A stretch of DNA of 64,000 nt, taken from Chlorobiaceae bacterium (lineage in GTDB: Bacteria > Bacteroidota > Chlorobiia > Chlorobiales > Chlorobiaceae). The notes beneath the pieces were generated by a model. The model was given only the letters and a program-made list of their open reading frames with translations. It was not told where the DNA came from and ran no database searches. Within the stretch, counting starts at the first letter, position 1, and every line of letters begins with the position of its first letter. This document shows, piece after piece, positions 19,701 through 30,172 of this stretch. The translations under genes were made by a program, and so were the position numbers. The stretch spans positions 10,144-74,143 of the forward strand of contig JAAXXY010000006.1 of the NCBI GenBank assembly GCA_013334225.1, written 5' to 3'.

Positions 19701-21623
19701 TCATGCAAAAATTCCTTCCATGGGAACGATGGGTAGTGGCACGGTTTTAAGCGATTCGTTTCGGAAAACAGCGTTTGCAGCCATACGCCCGGTAAAAGCC
19801 GCGGCTTCCATGAGAAAAACCGGAGCATCCACCCTTACCCAGTCTCCTGCAAGAAAAAGGTTGGCAATCGGAGTTTCGACACCGGGACGTGAAGCATGCT
19901 CCCCCGGTGCCCACCTGGTAAAATTGGACTGCTGCATATATAATTCGTGCAAAACGTTCGCACCTGCAATTTCAGGAAACATCGAGCGCATCTCACTTTG
20001 CATCGTGGATTTTATCTCCTCTTCCGGCCTGATATCAGAGGGAGCTATGGCATAGGCGTGAAGCTCGATAACCGATCCTCCTCTTTTTTTGGCCCACGAA
20101 ATGAACGGATCCTGGAAATGGGAGTAGATCGTGGCTGAATCGGTATAGGTATATCCCGATGTTGTATAGAAGGGAAAGTGAGTCTTATCGAGCGGTTTGT
20201 CGAGCCAGAGCCTGTAGACCGTGTATGGATCGGCCTCTCCAAGCGAAGCGACCTGCTTTTCGAAAGCCGGTTCTTCAATTGAGGATGCCTTTACAAGTTC
20301 ACGGGTACCACTTACATTGGATGCCACTATGCAATAGTCGCATGCCAGAAGTTCCCCTCCCCTTTCAGCTGCTGACGTTACGACAAGCCGACCACCTTCA
20401 ATCGAAACCGGAAGCAGGTTCAGTGAAGCTTTTGGCGGACCGCTTACGGGTTTGCCGGACAGATCATACCGGCCTGAATGACAGGGGCAGTAAAATCCCC
20501 CGCTCTGAGCCTCATAACTGACAGGGCAGCCCATATGCGTACACCTCGCGTCAAAAGCCGCAAATCCTCCTTCATGCTTTCCGATCAGTACAGGAACGCC
20601 TTCCGGGGTATGAAAAACACCGAATCCTTTCTCAGGCACTTCAGTCCTGGCGATATCGAGATACACCGAGTTGCTGCTCACACCTGAATCGAGGAGCACA
20701 CCCGTAACTTTTCGGCCTTCCGTGACAAGTTTCCTTGCCGTACATCCTTTTCTGAGCTTGACCCCCAAGCCGAGCAGCTTCGCTTCGAGCGGATCGATAA
20801 GCGCGCTCATACAGTCACGGTTCGTTATCCGGAAAGCAAGACCTTCAGGGCTGCCCATGAAATAAAAATGGAAGTAACGGAGAGCTTCAGCAGCCGAAAG
20901 TACCTCCATCCGGTTCATGGTAGCATCAGCGAAAGGGTGGAGAACAGTATCGACAAAAGCGGGCAGGATATTTTTCCTGCGGCAGAAGGTCAGGAAATCG
21001 ATGGAATCATAACGGGTGAATGCCGTTCCATAATCATACTGGAAGAGTTGCAGCGTTGAAAAAAGCCCCTTCGAATTTTTCAGAAACGACATCAGGTCCA
21101 GTCGTCGTGACTGGCCGAGGATGGAAAAAACATTGAAAGGAAAATATTTCGGGGTCTGGCCGAATACTTCAGCAGGAAACTCCCTGAAAAGCACAGGATA
21201 ACCGGGCGATTCATTGAAGACTTCCCGCTTTACCCCTCCGAGAGAAAAAATTTCGTTCAGGTTGTAGTACTGGTCAAAAAAGCCGTGAAAACCATGCTCG
21301 ACCGGAAAACGCTCACCAAGTGCATCAAGCTGCCAGCCGGTCAGTTTTCCGCCAAGTGAAGGGGACGATTCAATCAGCGTGACCTGGAACCCTTTCATCG
21401 CGAGCTCGAGTGCAGAACTGATACCGGCAAGACCTCCACCGATAATCACCGCCTTTCTCGATCTGTCGAGTTTTTCCTTTCCTTCATTCTCCCGGGAGTT
21501 CTTCCGGTAAAATTCCTTCCTCGGCTGATAATAACCGACGAGACCGGCAGTACCTGCAGCCGCAGCACCAGCTCCAATAGCGGTCCGCTTAAAAAGTCTT
21601 CTTAAGAATTCACGTCTTTCCAT
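19701..21623 (-). CDS. crtU: Carotene desaturase/aromatic carotenoid synthase CrtU type, with inserted Rieske domain
   Basis: GGGLAG FAD motif, EHGFHGFF..Y.N, Rieske CTHMGC...CPCHSG, LAGDW..ME.A; probable start MERREF. Confidence 0.85.
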   Translation of the reverse strand: MERREFLRRLFKRTAIGAGAAAAGTAGLVGYYQPRKEFYRKNSRENEGKEKLDRSRKAVIIGGGLAGISSALELAMKGFQVTLIESSPSLGGKLTGWQLDALGERFPVEHGFHGFFDQYYNLNEIFSLGGVKREVFNESPGYPVLFREFPAEVFGQTPKYFPFNVFSILGQSRRLDLMSFLKNSKGLFSTLQLFQYDYGTAFTRYDSIDFLTFCRRKNILPAFVDTVLHPFADATMNRMEVLSAAEALRYFHFYFMGSPEGLAFRITNRDCMSALIDPLEAKLLGLGVKLRKGCTARKLVTEGRKVTGVLLDSGVSSNSVYLDIARTEVPEKGFGVFHTPEGVPVLIGKHEGGFAAFDARCTHMGCPVSYEAQSGGFYCPCHSGRYDLSGKPVSGPPKASLNLLPVSIEGGRLVVTSAAERGGELLACDYCIVASNVSGTRELVKASSIEEPAFEKQVASLGEADPYTVYRLWLDKPLDKTHFPFYTTSGYTYTDSATIYSHFQDPFISWAKKRGGSVIELHAYAIAPSDIRPEEEIKSTMQSEMRSMFPEIAGANVLHELYMQQSNFTRWAPGEHASRPGVETPIANLFLAGDWVRVDAPVFLMEAAAFTGRMAANAVFRNESLKTVPLPIVPMEGIFA

Positions 21624-21842
21624 GCCATACGGAGGTGATGAAGCAAACGGCAGAATCGTTGTCTTTCCTGAAAAGTGCACTGAAATTGCCGGAAGTATAG
21701 AAAAAAAACGAAATTCTCATTGGCTTTTCAGCAAGTGCAGAATGACATAATGTATTCCCGATACAATTTAACAGAAATGACCTGTATATTTATTTAGCGA
21801 TATTTACTTGCTTAACCAACCTTTAAATACATTTTTCCATCA

Positions 21843-22802
21843 ATGGCCGCAAAACAGCCCGATCTTGTACGTAAAATCCGCAGGGAGGCGTCACGGCTTG
21901 GATTCGCGGCAATCGGTTTTTCATCTCCCCGGGAACAGAAAACAGCAATCGAACGGTACGAACAGATGATCCGTGAAAAAAGGCATGGAGACATGACTTT
22001 CCTTGAAAAACATCTGCAGGAAAGGGCAAATCCCGAAATACTTCTTCCCGGCCTGAAAACCATCATTTCAACTGCAATCAGTTACAATATTCCAATCGAT
22101 ATTGCCGCCGGAAAGCCGAAGATATCGAGATATGCACTGGCCGGTGACTATCATGTCATTATCCGGAGCAAACTCGAAGAACTGGGAAACTTCCTGGCAA
22201 AACTTTTCAATGAACCTGTAAAAACAGCAGTGGCAGTAGACAGTTCTCCCGTTCTGGAAAAAACGTGGGCTGAACAGTCCGGGATCGGAAGACCCGGTAA
22301 AAATACCCTGCTGATAGTACCTTCGGCAGGATCCTATATCTTCCTCGGAGAGCTCCTGATCGACCGGGAAATCACGGATATAAAACAGCCACTTCCCTAT
22401 CCCTGCGGCGGATGCAATTCCTGCCTTGAAAACTGCCCGACCGGAGCGCTTCTTGAGGCTGGAAAAATTGATGCCACCAAATGCATCTCATACCTCACCA
22501 TTGAAATGAAACGGGAGTTTACACCCGAAGAATCTACATTGATCGGTGATAATCTTTTCGGATGCGACAGATGTCAGGAGGTCTGTCCCTACAACATGCA
22601 GGCTATTGTCGGGGCCGACGACTCGTTTGTACTGAAAAAAAGCCTGCTTGATATTACGGCTGAAGAGATCCGGAGCCTGACAAAATCAGGTTTCCGCGAT
22701 CTTTTCTCAGGCACACCCGTCTATCGCATCGGCCTGCGACGACTGAAACGCAACGCCCGGGCCGTAGCTGAAAATATTTCCGGCAGAAAAAAAGCACAAT
22801 AA
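21843..22802 (+). CDS. queG: Epoxyqueuosine reductase
   Basis: SRYA...DYH, VDSSPVLEK, CGGCNSCLENCPTGAL, CISYLTIE, GCDRCQEVCPYN. Confidence 0.93.
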   Translation: MAAKQPDLVRKIRREASRLGFAAIGFSSPREQKTAIERYEQMIREKRHGDMTFLEKHLQERANPEILLPGLKTIISTAISYNIPIDIAAGKPKISRYALAGDYHVIIRSKLEELGNFLAKLFNEPVKTAVAVDSSPVLEKTWAEQSGIGRPGKNTLLIVPSAGSYIFLGELLIDREITDIKQPLPYPCGGCNSCLENCPTGALLEAGKIDATKCISYLTIEMKREFTPEESTLIGDNLFGCDRCQEVCPYNMQAIVGADDSFVLKKSLLDITAEEIRSLTKSGFRDLFSGTPVYRIGLRRLKRNARAVAENISGRKKAQ

Positions 22803-22960
22803 TCGACGCTACTTGAAAGGTTGGAGAAACATCGGATATAAATGATGAAATATTTGCGTATCAGTCTTTGGCGTTTTACATTATTGTTATAATTTACAAT
22901 TGTTAACCGTCGCAATAAAAGATACGATCCCCCCCCCATAACCCAACATGTACGTCAAAG

Positions 22961-23461
22961 ATGAAAATGACAATCCAAAACAGGTTGCACCGTAATTGCG
23001 CAAACATGCTGTTTGCCGGCCTATGCATCGCAATGACATCAACATTGGCTGATGCCGCTCCACTCGCTGTCGGAAGCAGTTTCGGCGGCGGAAAAGTCGC
23101 ATATATCCTTAAACCCGAAGATAAAGGGTACGACCCGAAGGAACAGCACGGGCTGGTGGCCGATACTGCCGACCTCAACGGCGTGTACGACTGGCCAGAC
23201 GCTCTTGCTGCTTCCGAACGGCTGAAAAAAAACGGCTACAGCGACTGGTACCTCCCTGACAGGAATGAACTGGACAAGCTCTTTGCAAAGAAATCGGCCA
23301 TTGGAGGGTTTGCAAAAAATCCGAAACAGGAAATTTTCTACTGGAGCTCATCGGAAAAAGATGCCGACTACTCCTGGGGACAAGGCTTTAAAACAGGGAA
23401 ACAGTACACTACCGATAAAATGTCGAAAACCGGTCATGTCCGGGCTGTCAGAACGTTTTGA
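22961..23461 (+). CDS. Secreted DUF1566/Lcl-type (C-type-lectin-fold) protein
   Basis: Signal peptide; GG.V.Y, HGLV, GYSDWYLP...EL, YWSSSE, VRAVR.F C-terminus; start uncertain. Confidence 0.8.
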   Translation: MKMTIQNRLHRNCANMLFAGLCIAMTSTLADAAPLAVGSSFGGGKVAYILKPEDKGYDPKEQHGLVADTADLNGVYDWPDALAASERLKKNGYSDWYLPDRNELDKLFAKKSAIGGFAKNPKQEIFYWSSSEKDADYSWGQGFKTGKQYTTDKMSKTGHVRAVRTF

Positions 23462-23467
23462 ACCAGT

Positions 23468-23513
23468 GAGCCTCACTGTTCCGTTTTGCAATACAAATTG
23501 GATGGTGAGGCTC
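23468..23513. terminator. Hairpin between the convergent DUF1566 gene and purH
   Basis: GAGCCTCAC ... GTGAGGCTC inverted repeat, extendable with G-U pairs. Confidence 0.55.
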
Positions 23514-23548
23514 TGAATTAATTGGTATATCGAAATGAATACTTGCGA

Positions 23549-25126
23549 TCAGTGCTTGAAATGACGCATGCCAGTAAACACCATGGAAAGGTTGTTCTCA
23601 TCCGCGGCCTCGATCACTTCGTTGTCACGGATTGACCCGCCCGGCTGAATGACAGCGGTCACTCCTGCTTCCGCGGCTGCAAGAAGGCCGTCGGCGAACG
23701 GGAAAAATGCATCCGAAGCCACGACAGAGCCATTCAGGTCGAGACCGGCTTCACTTGCTTTCCATCGTGCGATCTTCGATGAATCCACGCGCGACATCTG
23801 GCCTGCGCCTACACCGTAAGTCTGGCGGTTCTTGACATAGAGGATAGTGTTCGATTTGATATGTTTGCAGATTTTCCAGGCAAACAGCAGGTTCGATAGT
23901 TCCGCTTCGGTCGGTTGCCTTTTCGTCACAACTTTAAGATCTTCCTTTGCAACGGATTTCGTGTCACGTTCCTGAACAAGCATCCCGAACGGAGTTGATT
24001 TGAACTCCCGGCCGCCCTTCAGAAGAGACTGTTTCTGCAATACAAGCCTGCGGTCCTTCTTTTTCATGAGAAGGTCGAGCACGCCATCCTCGAAGGCGGG
24101 TGCAATGAGTATTTCGGTGAATATCTCGTTCACTGCTGTTGCCGTATCCATATCGAGAGGTCGATTGAACGCAATGATACCGCCAAAAGGTGCCTGAGTA
24201 TCGGTTGAAAACGCCCTGCGGTATGCATCGACAAGCGTCGAAGCCTGTGCTGCACCGCAGGGATTGGTATGCTTGACGATCACAACTGAAGGGTCCTCCC
24301 CGCGGAACTCCTCGATGATGCCGGCAGCTGCGGCTATATCGAGCATGTTGTTGTAGGAAAGATCCTTGCCGTGCAGCTTCTCGAAACAGGCCGCGAATGA
24401 ACGGCTTCCCAGAGAATCGGTGAGTTTGTAGAATCCGGCGCTCTGATGCGGGTTCTCCCCGTAACGCATGTCAAGTTCTTTCTCGAGCCTGACCGTTATA
24501 GAATCTGCCGCAACCTCAGATGCAGCGCCTTCCGCCCTGACAAGGTAATCAGCGATTGCCCGGTCATAACGGGATGTCAGTTCGAACACCTTGCGGGCAA
24601 GCCTGAGGCGGGTAGGCCTGGTTGTCGCACCTCCGGTCCCGCGCATCTCTTCGAGCACCTGGGCATAATCGCCGCTGTCTACAAGCACCGTAACCGATTC
24701 ATTGTTCTTCGCCGCGCTTCTGAGCATGGACGGTCCGCCGATATCGATATTCTCGATGGCGTCCTCGAAGGTAACGTCCGGTTTTGCGACAGTCGCTTCG
24801 AACGGATAGAGGTTGACGACTACCATGTCGATAAAGCCGATACCATTCTCTTCGGCCTGTCTGACATGATCTGCATTGTGCCTGACGGCAAGCAGGCCGC
24901 CGTGGATTTTCGGATGGAGCGTCTTCACCCTTCCATCCATGATCTCCGGAAATCCCGTGATGGTTGAAATAGATGCCGCTGCAATTCCTGCATCCTGCAG
25001 TGCTTTCAGGGTTCCGCCCGTCGAAAAGATTTCAACGCCGAGCGACGACAGTTCACGGCAGAAATCTACTATACCGGTTTTATCGGATACAGAGACCAGC
25101 GCCCGTTTGATGACAGGATCAGACAT
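23549..25126 (-). CDS. purH: AICAR formyltransferase/IMP cyclohydrolase
   Basis: [51 protein letters not shown]. Confidence 0.98.
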   Translation of the reverse strand: MSDPVIKRALVSVSDKTGIVDFCRELSSLGVEIFSTGGTLKALQDAGIAAASISTITGFPEIMDGRVKTLHPKIHGGLLAVRHNADHVRQAEENGIGFIDMVVVNLYPFEATVAKPDVTFEDAIENIDIGGPSMLRSAAKNNESVTVLVDSGDYAQVLEEMRGTGGATTRPTRLRLARKVFELTSRYDRAIADYLVRAEGAASEVAADSITVRLEKELDMRYGENPHQSAGFYKLTDSLGSRSFAACFEKLHGKDLSYNNMLDIAAAAGIIEEFRGEDPSVVIVKHTNPCGAAQASTLVDAYRRAFSTDTQAPFGGIIAFNRPLDMDTATAVNEIFTEILIAPAFEDGVLDLLMKKKDRRLVLQKQSLLKGGREFKSTPFGMLVQERDTKSVAKEDLKVVTKRQPTEAELSNLLFAWKICKHIKSNTILYVKNRQTYGVGAGQMSRVDSSKIARWKASEAGLDLNGSVVASDAFFPFADGLLAAAEAGVTAVIQPGGSIRDNEVIEAADENNLSMVFTGMRHFKH

Positions 25127-25404
25127 GTACAGAAGATTTATATGTTGGTTTGCTATGGTAAACGGCGAATTTAAGAAATAAACAGCAATTATTTCAGGCT
25201 CATTCCATAAGCATCAATACCCCCTCCCGTTCTTCCGTTGCCTGTCCAACAGTTAGATACAGGTTTACCGGTACATATTCCGGTTCGGGAATCCCGGGGC
25301 GGTTGAAAAACACGAAACGGAATTGGTCTGAAAACATTTTTTAACGTAATTTTTCATACTACTGATGATCTGTTGAAAAACGCAACACCATTCATCGAAA
25401 AATT

Positions 25405-25902
25405 ATGAAACAGGTTACCTTAAGTCACGAAATGCAGCATATTTCCATATTCCAGCAGCGGAAAATCGAGCTCGGCGTCCTTGCGCCTCTCTACAAGGAG
25501 ATGATCAATGCAGTTGGACCGGAAACCGCAAAAGAAATAATGCAGCGAACCGTTTCAGGACTTGCAAGGAATGTCGGGGCAGAATGGGCCAAAAGCCACC
25601 CTGAACGTGACCTCGAAGGTATACGTGCAATCTGGCAGAAACTTGCGGATGGAAAGGTCCTTGACGCCGAGATCAGGGAACTTCCTGAAGGACTTGAAAT
25701 AACGGTCCGCAGGTGTGATTATGCCACCATGTACGGCGAAGCTGGACTCGAGGAACTCGGCCATATCCTGAGCTGTTCTAGGGATGAGCCTTTTACCGAG
25801 GGATTTTCCGATCACATAACTTTTTCCCGTAGCAGCTGCCTGCTCGAAGGCGACGAGTGCTGCATCATGAAATACGGGATAAAAGAAAATACACCGAAGT
25901 AA
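25405..25902 (+). CDS. L-2-amino-thiazoline-4-carboxylic acid hydrolase-like protein
   Basis: C.YA.MY...G..ELG..LSC.RD and G...C pattern. Confidence 0.75.
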   Translation: MKQVTLSHEMQHISIFQQRKIELGVLAPLYKEMINAVGPETAKEIMQRTVSGLARNVGAEWAKSHPERDLEGIRAIWQKLADGKVLDAEIRELPEGLEITVRRCDYATMYGEAGLEELGHILSCSRDEPFTEGFSDHITFSRSSCLLEGDECCIMKYGIKENTPK

Positions 25903-25957
25903 AGCGGCACCCGGGACATTCGCCGAAACCGGCACCGGAAGGAGCGGTGGGCAAATA

Positions 25958-26212
25958 TCATGTGTCTCGGGGTTTCCAGGACATATTCATATACAATCTG
26001 CCCCCCGCCAGTTCACAAAGCATCTGTTGAAGGCGTTTCATCTTCGTATCCTCGCGTCTGGCACGGTTGATCCGCCCGAGATAGTCGTTCCTCTGGTATG
26101 GAGGACGAGCCCGGTAAGCATCAATGAGACCCTGTTCTTCAAGAGCCTCGCGAACGAATTCCGGCATAGGGTTCTCAGGACGCTTCAGGGTGCTTTCACG
26201 CTTTGCCATCAT
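25958..26212 (-). CDS. YdeI/OmpD-associated family protein
   Basis: RPPYQRNDYL..I..A....T...RL.QML.EL. Confidence 0.85.
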   Translation of the reverse strand: MMAKRESTLKRPENPMPEFVREALEEQGLIDAYRARPPYQRNDYLGRINRARREDTKMKRLQQMLCELAGGRLYMNMSWKPRDT

Positions 26213-26224
26213 TCCTGAAGGAAA

Positions 26225-26746
26225 TCACGAGGTTTTGCCGGACCATGATGCCGGCGGCTTGAGCGCCCAGACCCAGGCAATGTAATCGGTCATTGGCGGA
26301 TTGATGCCGAGCTCACGCAGCCTCGAGTTAACCTGCCCGCGATGATAGGCACTGTGAGCATGAACCTGAATCAGTGTTTCTCCGAGAGTTGGTTCGGCAA
26401 CTTCGAAACCGAGATTTCTGCTGACCAGCTCCGCCCATGGAAGCCGGACCGGGGCATCGAGCATGCCGTTTGTCAGTGTATCGAGAAACTCTCCGAATTC
26501 CCGGTGGTTCCCCCGGACATATCCTTCAAGTTCAAGGATATCGAAGGACCGGGTCTCCTCCGGATTGATGGTTTTGTTACGCCAGACATCAAGAAAAACT
26601 TTCTGCACAAGATGAAGGTGGCGCAATAACCCGAGAAGTCGCTCGTCCTTGCCTGCCTCCGGATGAGCGTCAATTGCCGAAAACACGACTGCATCGGCCC
26701 ATTGCGTATGCCCTGAAAGTTCACGAAGCAGTGTCAGTGTATCCAT
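26225..26746 (-). CDS. DinB family protein
   Basis: H..WAD, L.HL, HSAYHRGQ His triad; ATG at 26746 with GGAAAGGA upstream. Confidence 0.88.
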   Translation of the reverse strand: MDTLTLLRELSGHTQWADAVVFSAIDAHPEAGKDERLLGLLRHLHLVQKVFLDVWRNKTINPEETRSFDILELEGYVRGNHREFGEFLDTLTNGMLDAPVRLPWAELVSRNLGFEVAEPTLGETLIQVHAHSAYHRGQVNSRLRELGINPPMTDYIAWVWALKPPASWSGKTS

Positions 26747-26904
26747 GATCGAATTCCTTTCCAAATGATGGTTATCATATTGTCAGAAAAACCTCCGGAA
26801 CAGATTATACGCATCGACATTGCCGATACCCGGTGCCGTTTCAAGATAACGGAATATTTCGAGATTCACGATCTCTTTGAGGGGTATCAGAAACCCCTGA
26901 ACTT

Positions 26905-27762
26905 CTAACCGGAAACCAGACGGATGATGATAAATACAATGACCATTGCCGAACCGGCAAGATATATCCGGCGGATATCGGTAATCCTGCCGGGCCGGCC
27001 GGTATTCAGGAGGTTGCGGACGGAGTGCACGATTACTGCATCGAAAATCGCAACCGGTGGAAAATAAGTCCACTTCAACCAACCGAAAACGAAAGGAAGA
27101 AAACTGCAGGTTATAACAATACCGAATACACCTGCTGCTATCCGCATGGCTTTAAGCGGTCCGAAAAGAACAGCAAGTGAACGGGAACCGCTCAGTCGGT
27201 CGCCTTCAATGTCGAGAACATCAGCGGCAATTTCTTCTCCAAGATCTACAAGCATGGCTGTCACAGCGAGAAACCAGACCGATTTCTCATATGGATTGCC
27301 TGCGACAACCCCTCCATAAATAAATGCCATCCCCACAGAAAAACCTACTGTCAGATTGCCGATGAAACCGGTTCTCTTGAACTTCCAGTTGTACAGCAAA
27401 CCAGCTATCCATACAATGAAAACAAGTGCGAACGCATGAAGTCCCGTCATAAGACTCGACAGAAAACCAAGTAAGGCAACGACAGCAGAAAGAACAATCA
27501 CCTCTTTTTTTAAGACAATGCCGGCCGGCAGCGGACGGGAAGGTGCATTGATCCGGTCTGTTTCGATATCGAATAAGTCATTCAGGATCAGGGCGGCAGC
27601 GGAAATAAAGAAAAAACTCAGGAAACCGGACATTGCCTGGCAAAGTGAAGGAATACCCCTGAGAGCGAGGAGCTCGGCAAGAAGAACACATGCACCGGCT
27701 GCGATCGAAAGTTCCAGACGGAAAAGACGCATCAGACCGGTCAACTTTGCATAATTCATCAT
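26905..27762 (-). CDS. UbiA prenyltransferase, DGGGP-synthase-like
   Basis: NDLFDIETDRINAPSRPLPAG and EEIAADVLDIEGD Asp-rich motifs; multi-TM. Confidence 0.85.
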   Translation of the reverse strand: MMNYAKLTGLMRLFRLELSIAAGACVLLAELLALRGIPSLCQAMSGFLSFFFISAAALILNDLFDIETDRINAPSRPLPAGIVLKKEVIVLSAVVALLGFLSSLMTGLHAFALVFIVWIAGLLYNWKFKRTGFIGNLTVGFSVGMAFIYGGVVAGNPYEKSVWFLAVTAMLVDLGEEIAADVLDIEGDRLSGSRSLAVLFGPLKAMRIAAGVFGIVITCSFLPFVFGWLKWTYFPPVAIFDAVIVHSVRNLLNTGRPGRITDIRRIYLAGSAMVIVFIIIRLVSG

Positions 27763-27785
27763 ATGTCCGGAAAAAGAAATTCAAT

Positions 27786-28160
27786 TCATGAATTGCTCCT
27801 GAAAATTCTCATCAAACGGGAAAAGATAGTCTGTTTCGGAATACTTTTTACCGGCAGACCTGCCCGTTCCCAACTGATGATGCCGTTCTGCATATTGAAA
27901 ACCTGCGTGTAACCGCTGTTTACAAGAATACGCGCTGCCATCAGGCTGCGATTGCCGCTACGACAGGCTATGATCACTTTCCGGCTGGAGGCGATTTCCG
28001 TAAAACGCTTTCCGAATGTACTGAGCGGTATATTGACGACCCCGGGAATATCGAATGATTTTCGGGCAACTTCGCGAGGTTCGCGCACATCGACCAGCAG
28101 CGCACCTTTTCTGACCATCGCCAATGCGTTGGAAGGGGAAATATCTTTAACCTTTACCAT
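27786..28160 (-). CDS. Rhodanese-like sulfurtransferase
   Basis: DVREP.E, CRSGNRS active loop, GI..W...GLP. Confidence 0.92.
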   Translation of the reverse strand: MVKVKDISPSNALAMVRKGALLVDVREPREVARKSFDIPGVVNIPLSTFGKRFTEIASSRKVIIACRSGNRSLMAARILVNSGYTQVFNMQNGIISWERAGLPVKSIPKQTIFSRLMRIFRSNS

Positions 28161-28331
28161 ATTTTATTTAGAACATTACAAATCTTATACCCATACCCCG
28201 TTCTGGTATATAAAATACGAAAAACAGGTATGGAATTCCAACAGGAATTTCTAGAAGCAGTTGAAAAAAACTGCACATGCTTGTTGTCACTTCCCTTGAA
28301 AATGTGCCGATATAAAATCATGACCTAAAAA

Positions 28332-29147
28332 TCACATCCTCAGGTGCACCATGAACATGATCCTGTGCCTGTCGGCTATGAATGCCATGTACCTGTCGAG
28401 CAGGCACAAGCCTTTTTTCATTCCGCTGTAAACCGGGTAATCCTCGATAACCTCTATATGGCTGTTCCATTTGCGTATATCGGAAGCATGTTCGATGCCC
28501 CATTTCAGGAAAGAACGTTCGTCAAGTCCGACGTTCTGTATGACTTTCCTGTTCGCCATTCTCACGCCCATATGCGAAGCCGCATCGAAGACAAATTCGC
28601 TCCCGGGAAATGTCGAGCATATTTTATCGAAAATCTCCCTCACCTGGTTTTCCTCGAAATAGTACAGCACTCCTGCAGCCATGAGGAAAACGTTCTGATG
28701 AACCTTTATCTGATTGAACCAGCACTCGTCGAGAAAAGAACAGGGAAGGAATTTCCGCCTTTCGCTTTCCTGAATGAATTTCCTGCGTAACTCGATAGCA
28801 TCGGAAAGATCGAGGTCATACCAGAAAAGGCGACCATTATCGACCCTCTCGAAAGTCGTATCCAGCCCGCATCCTACGTTGATGATCGTAGCGGCAGGAT
28901 GCGCAGCGAGAAATTCCCTGATCGTCCTGTCAATATGCACGCTTCTGGCGATCCATTCCAGCTGTGTGACATTGTGGATGCCAGAAGCGATTTTAGAAAA
29001 ATCATAGTCGATCCTGTCTATGATTTCAACGGCTTTTCTGTCGATGAGCCTGGGTTTCGTTTTCCGGGTTTCCATAGCCCTTCCCCATAGCGGAAGCAAC
29101 AGGGTAGTCTGAACGCTGCCAAGGTCAACTGCAATTTTTTCAGACAT
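28332..29147 (-). CDS. Class I SAM-dependent O-methyltransferase (LCM/TcmP-like)
   Basis: TLLLPLWGRA, NVGCGLDT, DLDL, GVLYYF. Confidence 0.88.
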   Translation of the reverse strand: MSEKIAVDLGSVQTTLLLPLWGRAMETRKTKPRLIDRKAVEIIDRIDYDFSKIASGIHNVTQLEWIARSVHIDRTIREFLAAHPAATIINVGCGLDTTFERVDNGRLFWYDLDLSDAIELRRKFIQESERRKFLPCSFLDECWFNQIKVHQNVFLMAAGVLYYFEENQVREIFDKICSTFPGSEFVFDAASHMGVRMANRKVIQNVGLDERSFLKWGIEHASDIRKWNSHIEVIEDYPVYSGMKKGLCLLDRYMAFIADRHRIMFMVHLRM

Positions 29148-29368
29148 GTTCCGATATCCTCCTTGAAAAGGTTCACGGTAACAGGTATATAGTTTTTCAA
29201 GTTAATAATAATCCTGCTGATATGCATCCACTCTTTCCTGAACTCATTGGAAGGAGGTTCATTCCGCCGCTTGAAGAAAATATTTCCGAATCATGGGGAG
29301 TACCACTACAAAAAAAAGGGACAGAATAATTCAGTCAGACGAGGAAATACAGGTCCGTCAGACACGTT

Positions 29369-30151
29369 TCACACCGGGTACTGCAGAGAAAACTTTTCCC
29401 GGAGCAGCGAAGGAAGTTCCCCGGAGCTCACCGTCCGCTCATTGGATCGACCCTCGGAAACTGATTTGAAGCGATTTCCGAGCAGTATATTCTTCCCTGA
29501 GGGGTTCTGCAGAACGATCATCAGGCTGCGCACAAATATCGAATCAGGGTGCCTGGAGTTCAGAAAATTGGCGGGTTCGAAATCCACCCATTCCTGAGGG
29601 GAAAGATCGAACTCATAGAGGTTTTTCCATGCGCCGTCGGCAAAAGATTGCAGGACATAATCCCGATCTGTGGTCATCGTCATTCTGTACATGTCGTAAT
29701 CCTGCCTGACCTCCTTGCCGGTCCATGCAAGATTGTATGGTTCACGTATGCCGTAACTGCCGAAACCCAGATCGCAGAACCACTCTCCGCCATCCATTTC
29801 GACAACAATTGCCATATGTGTTTTCGGACGACGTACAGGATAGGTCATCGGCCGTGCTGCAACAAACCGGTAGGGAATCCCGATCGTTTCGAGCGCCATG
29901 GCAAAGATGCCGTTCACTTCATAGCAATACCCGCCACGATTCCGTTCAACGATTTTGCTGTATATCTCCGCAGGCTCGAGCGAAATGATCTTCCCAGCCT
30001 GGACATCGAGGTTTTCGAAAGGAACCGAAAAGAGCTGGCACCTCATCATGCGCTTCAGCGTCGCGAAATCGGCCGATGCTTGCCCCTGGAAACCGATCCT
30101 CGACAAATATGCGGAAAAGTTGAAATTTTCAGCTTTCATCGTATACAACAT
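29369..30151 (-). CDS. Arylamine N-acetyltransferase
   Basis: VPFENLD, RGGYCYE (catalytic Cys), THM, DLGFG triad. Confidence 0.92.
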   Translation of the reverse strand: MLYTMKAENFNFSAYLSRIGFQGQASADFATLKRMMRCQLFSVPFENLDVQAGKIISLEPAEIYSKIVERNRGGYCYEVNGIFAMALETIGIPYRFVAARPMTYPVRRPKTHMAIVVEMDGGEWFCDLGFGSYGIREPYNLAWTGKEVRQDYDMYRMTMTTDRDYVLQSFADGAWKNLYEFDLSPQEWVDFEPANFLNSRHPDSIFVRSLMIVLQNPSGKNILLGNRFKSVSEGRSNERTVSSGELPSLLREKFSLQYPV

Positions 30152-30172
30152 CTTTACTTGAAAAAAGGCGGC

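Noticed and set aside
25127-25404. Possible ZTP (pfl) riboswitch upstream of purH
   Set aside because: The conserved GACUGGCG / CGCCUGGG elements were not found.
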